From an uncultured Eubacteriales bacterium (GTDB taxonomy: Bacteria > Bacillota > Clostridia > Monoglobales > Monoglobaceae), in NCBI GenBank assembly GCA_948468535.1, contig CAOKIL010000001.1, forward strand, positions 23,422 through 87,421: a stretch of DNA of 64,000 nucleotides, written 5' to 3'. The notes under the pieces are model-generated. The model did not search any database. It was not told where the DNA came from and worked only from the letters and a program-made list of their open reading frames with translations. The position numbers and the translations under genes were made by a program. This document shows positions 62,636-64,000 of this stretch, piece by piece (position 1 is the stretch's first letter; every line of letters starts with the position of its first letter).

Positions 62636-62852
62636 GAATACTCCTCCTTAAAGTAGTTTACTGTGCAAAGTCCGAACCGGCCCGCCGCCCGACAGTATTC
62701 CTCAAACTTCGACATTTATATCCCCAATTTATCATAAAATGAGCATAATGTCAATAGGATTGTTCCCTTTCAGACAACCCAGGTAAATGGACGAAAAACT
62801 GCGTTTTTAAATTAAAAGCCTAGCCCAGTTGCGCGCGCCAGACCCGCGCACT

Positions 62853-62943
62853 ATTCATCAAGGCTTTGGCGACATTGCCGCCTGCGGTAGGCAAGGCGGA
62901 ATCAGGGGACGGCGAATTTATTAAAGGTAAAGCCTTGATGAAA
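62853..62943. repeat. ~90-bp MITE/REP-like element, copy 2 (inverted relative to copy 1)
   Basis: Matches the reverse complement of 52480-52568, including the core GCGGTAGGCAAGGCGGAATCAGGGG. Confidence 0.85.
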
Positions 62944-62994
62944 ATATGCGTAAATGCCCGAATTAAGAGGTTTCTAAGGGGATTTCATTTCCCT

Positions 62995-63642
62995 TTAAAC
63001 CTCCGATTTAGTACCTATTAGCTTTTCTTTGTATTCCATGGTGCCTTCTGAAAATTCGGCTTTGGCATTTGTCAGCTCAACAAGAGCATTTTTAAGCCTT
63101 TCAAAATCTTCTGCAGGAATAAAAAGCGGAATTTCCACATTGTCAGTATACGTGATTTCTCCTTCAATAATGTCCCATTTATGAATTTCGTTCTGAATTT
63201 TTCCAAGCAGAGTATAGTCACACTTAATTAAAAGTTCCCTGCACAGCACCATGTCAATCATCTGTGCCGCAGTGACGCCCAGCTTTGCGCTGCGCGAATA
63301 TGAATGAACCAACCCGCCTGTGCCGAGAAGGATTCCGCCAAAGTACCGCGTAACAACCACAACCAAGTTGGTGAGCCCTTCTTTTTTCAGTATATCCAAC
63401 ACAGGCATTCCGGCTGTGCCTGTCGGTTCGCCATCATCACTGTAACGCATTATGTTATTATCTTTTATTATATAGGCATAGACATTGTGGGTTGCATCCC
63501 AATACTTTTGTTTGAGTTCGTTTATAAGTCCGACAGCTTCCGCCTCGGTAGTGACAGGCTTTACCGTAGATATAAAACGCGAGCGTTTCTCAACCATCTC
63601 GGCAGATGCAGTGTTTTTAACGGTTCTGTATGCTTTTCCCAT
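62995..63642 (-). CDS. yigZ: YigZ/IMPACT family protein
   Basis: EKRSRFI, ATHNVYAY, SDDGEPTGTAG, VTRYFGGILLGTGGL. Confidence 0.92.
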   Translation of the reverse strand: MGKAYRTVKNTASAEMVEKRSRFISTVKPVTTEAEAVGLINELKQKYWDATHNVYAYIIKDNNIMRYSDDGEPTGTAGMPVLDILKKEGLTNLVVVVTRYFGGILLGTGGLVHSYSRSAKLGVTAAQMIDMVLCRELLIKCDYTLLGKIQNEIHKWDIIEGEITYTDNVEIPLFIPAEDFERLKNALVELTNAKAEFSEGTMEYKEKLIGTKSEV

Positions 63643-63687
63643 ATAAATATTTTATTCTCCAATCGAACGTGAAATACATATATTATA

Positions 63688-64000
63688 TCACTTAAGTTCG
63701 TATTTGACAAGACGTCCGCATACGTTTGTCAGTTCTGTCACGATAATAACCGAGAATGCAACAGCAATTATCTTAATCCACATATCAAGAGACAGCGGAA
63801 CAGTTCCGAAAAACATACCGCCGAATTGTGTTATTACCACCTGAAATCCGAAAGTCAGTGCAAACATGCAAAGCATCAGTTTGTTTGACAACAGATTCTT
63901 TAATATGCTTACGCTTCCAAGTTCACGGCAACCAAATGCGTTAAATAACTGAAACAATACAAATAAAGTAAACAATATTGTAGAAAGCTGTTCGGGCGTT
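63688..64000 (-). CDS. C-terminus of a P-type (Ca2+-like) cation-transporting ATPase, truncated by the window edge
   Basis: TIVFTLFVLFQLFNAFGCRE..N..FGTVPL..W pattern; frame open to the window end. Confidence 0.8.
   Translation of the reverse strand, partial: TPEQLSTILFTLFVLFQLFNAFGCRELGSVSILKNLLSNKLMLCMFALTFGFQVVITQFGGMFFGTVPLSLDMWIKIIAVAFSVIIVTELTNVCGRLVKYELK

Overview
A 64-kb stretch of a low-GC Clostridia chromosome. SLH surface proteins and gene order suggest a gut Oscillospirales/Monoglobales-like organism (inference). Core content: a SpoVB/YabM-type flippase, mazG, an S4 protein and HU; guaB; a complete trpEGDCFBA operon whose leader carries a (G/U)AG-NN repeat typical of a TRAP site; fabZ; divergent ssrA/smpB; rplM-rpsI; two large SLH proteins; a GLUG-repeat surface protein; a SUV3-like helicase; galU; a TtcA-like gene; an orphan WalR-like regulator; rlmH; MATE; yigZ; and five tRNAs (Tyr, Pro, Lys, Thr, Leu). 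Two decayed integrated elements are delimited by direct repeats: a ~6.7-kb mobilisable element at the rpsI 3' end and an ~8.5-kb prophage remnant at tRNA-Lys(CTT). The most unusual signals are non-coding. (1) Two tandem ~195-bp promoter-RNA-terminator units with a conserved scaffold and swapped, self-complementary variable arms sit upstream of a likely antisense-controlled DUF6809-like gene pair (13.6-14.8 kb). (2) A modular palindromic repeat family starts 1-4 nt after the CCA of tRNA-Tyr, tmRNA and tRNA-Pro. (3) A C-rich candidate sRNA lies behind 11-bp-phased OmpR-type boxes, divergent from the orphan response regulator. All calls come from reading the sequence; no database searches were run.
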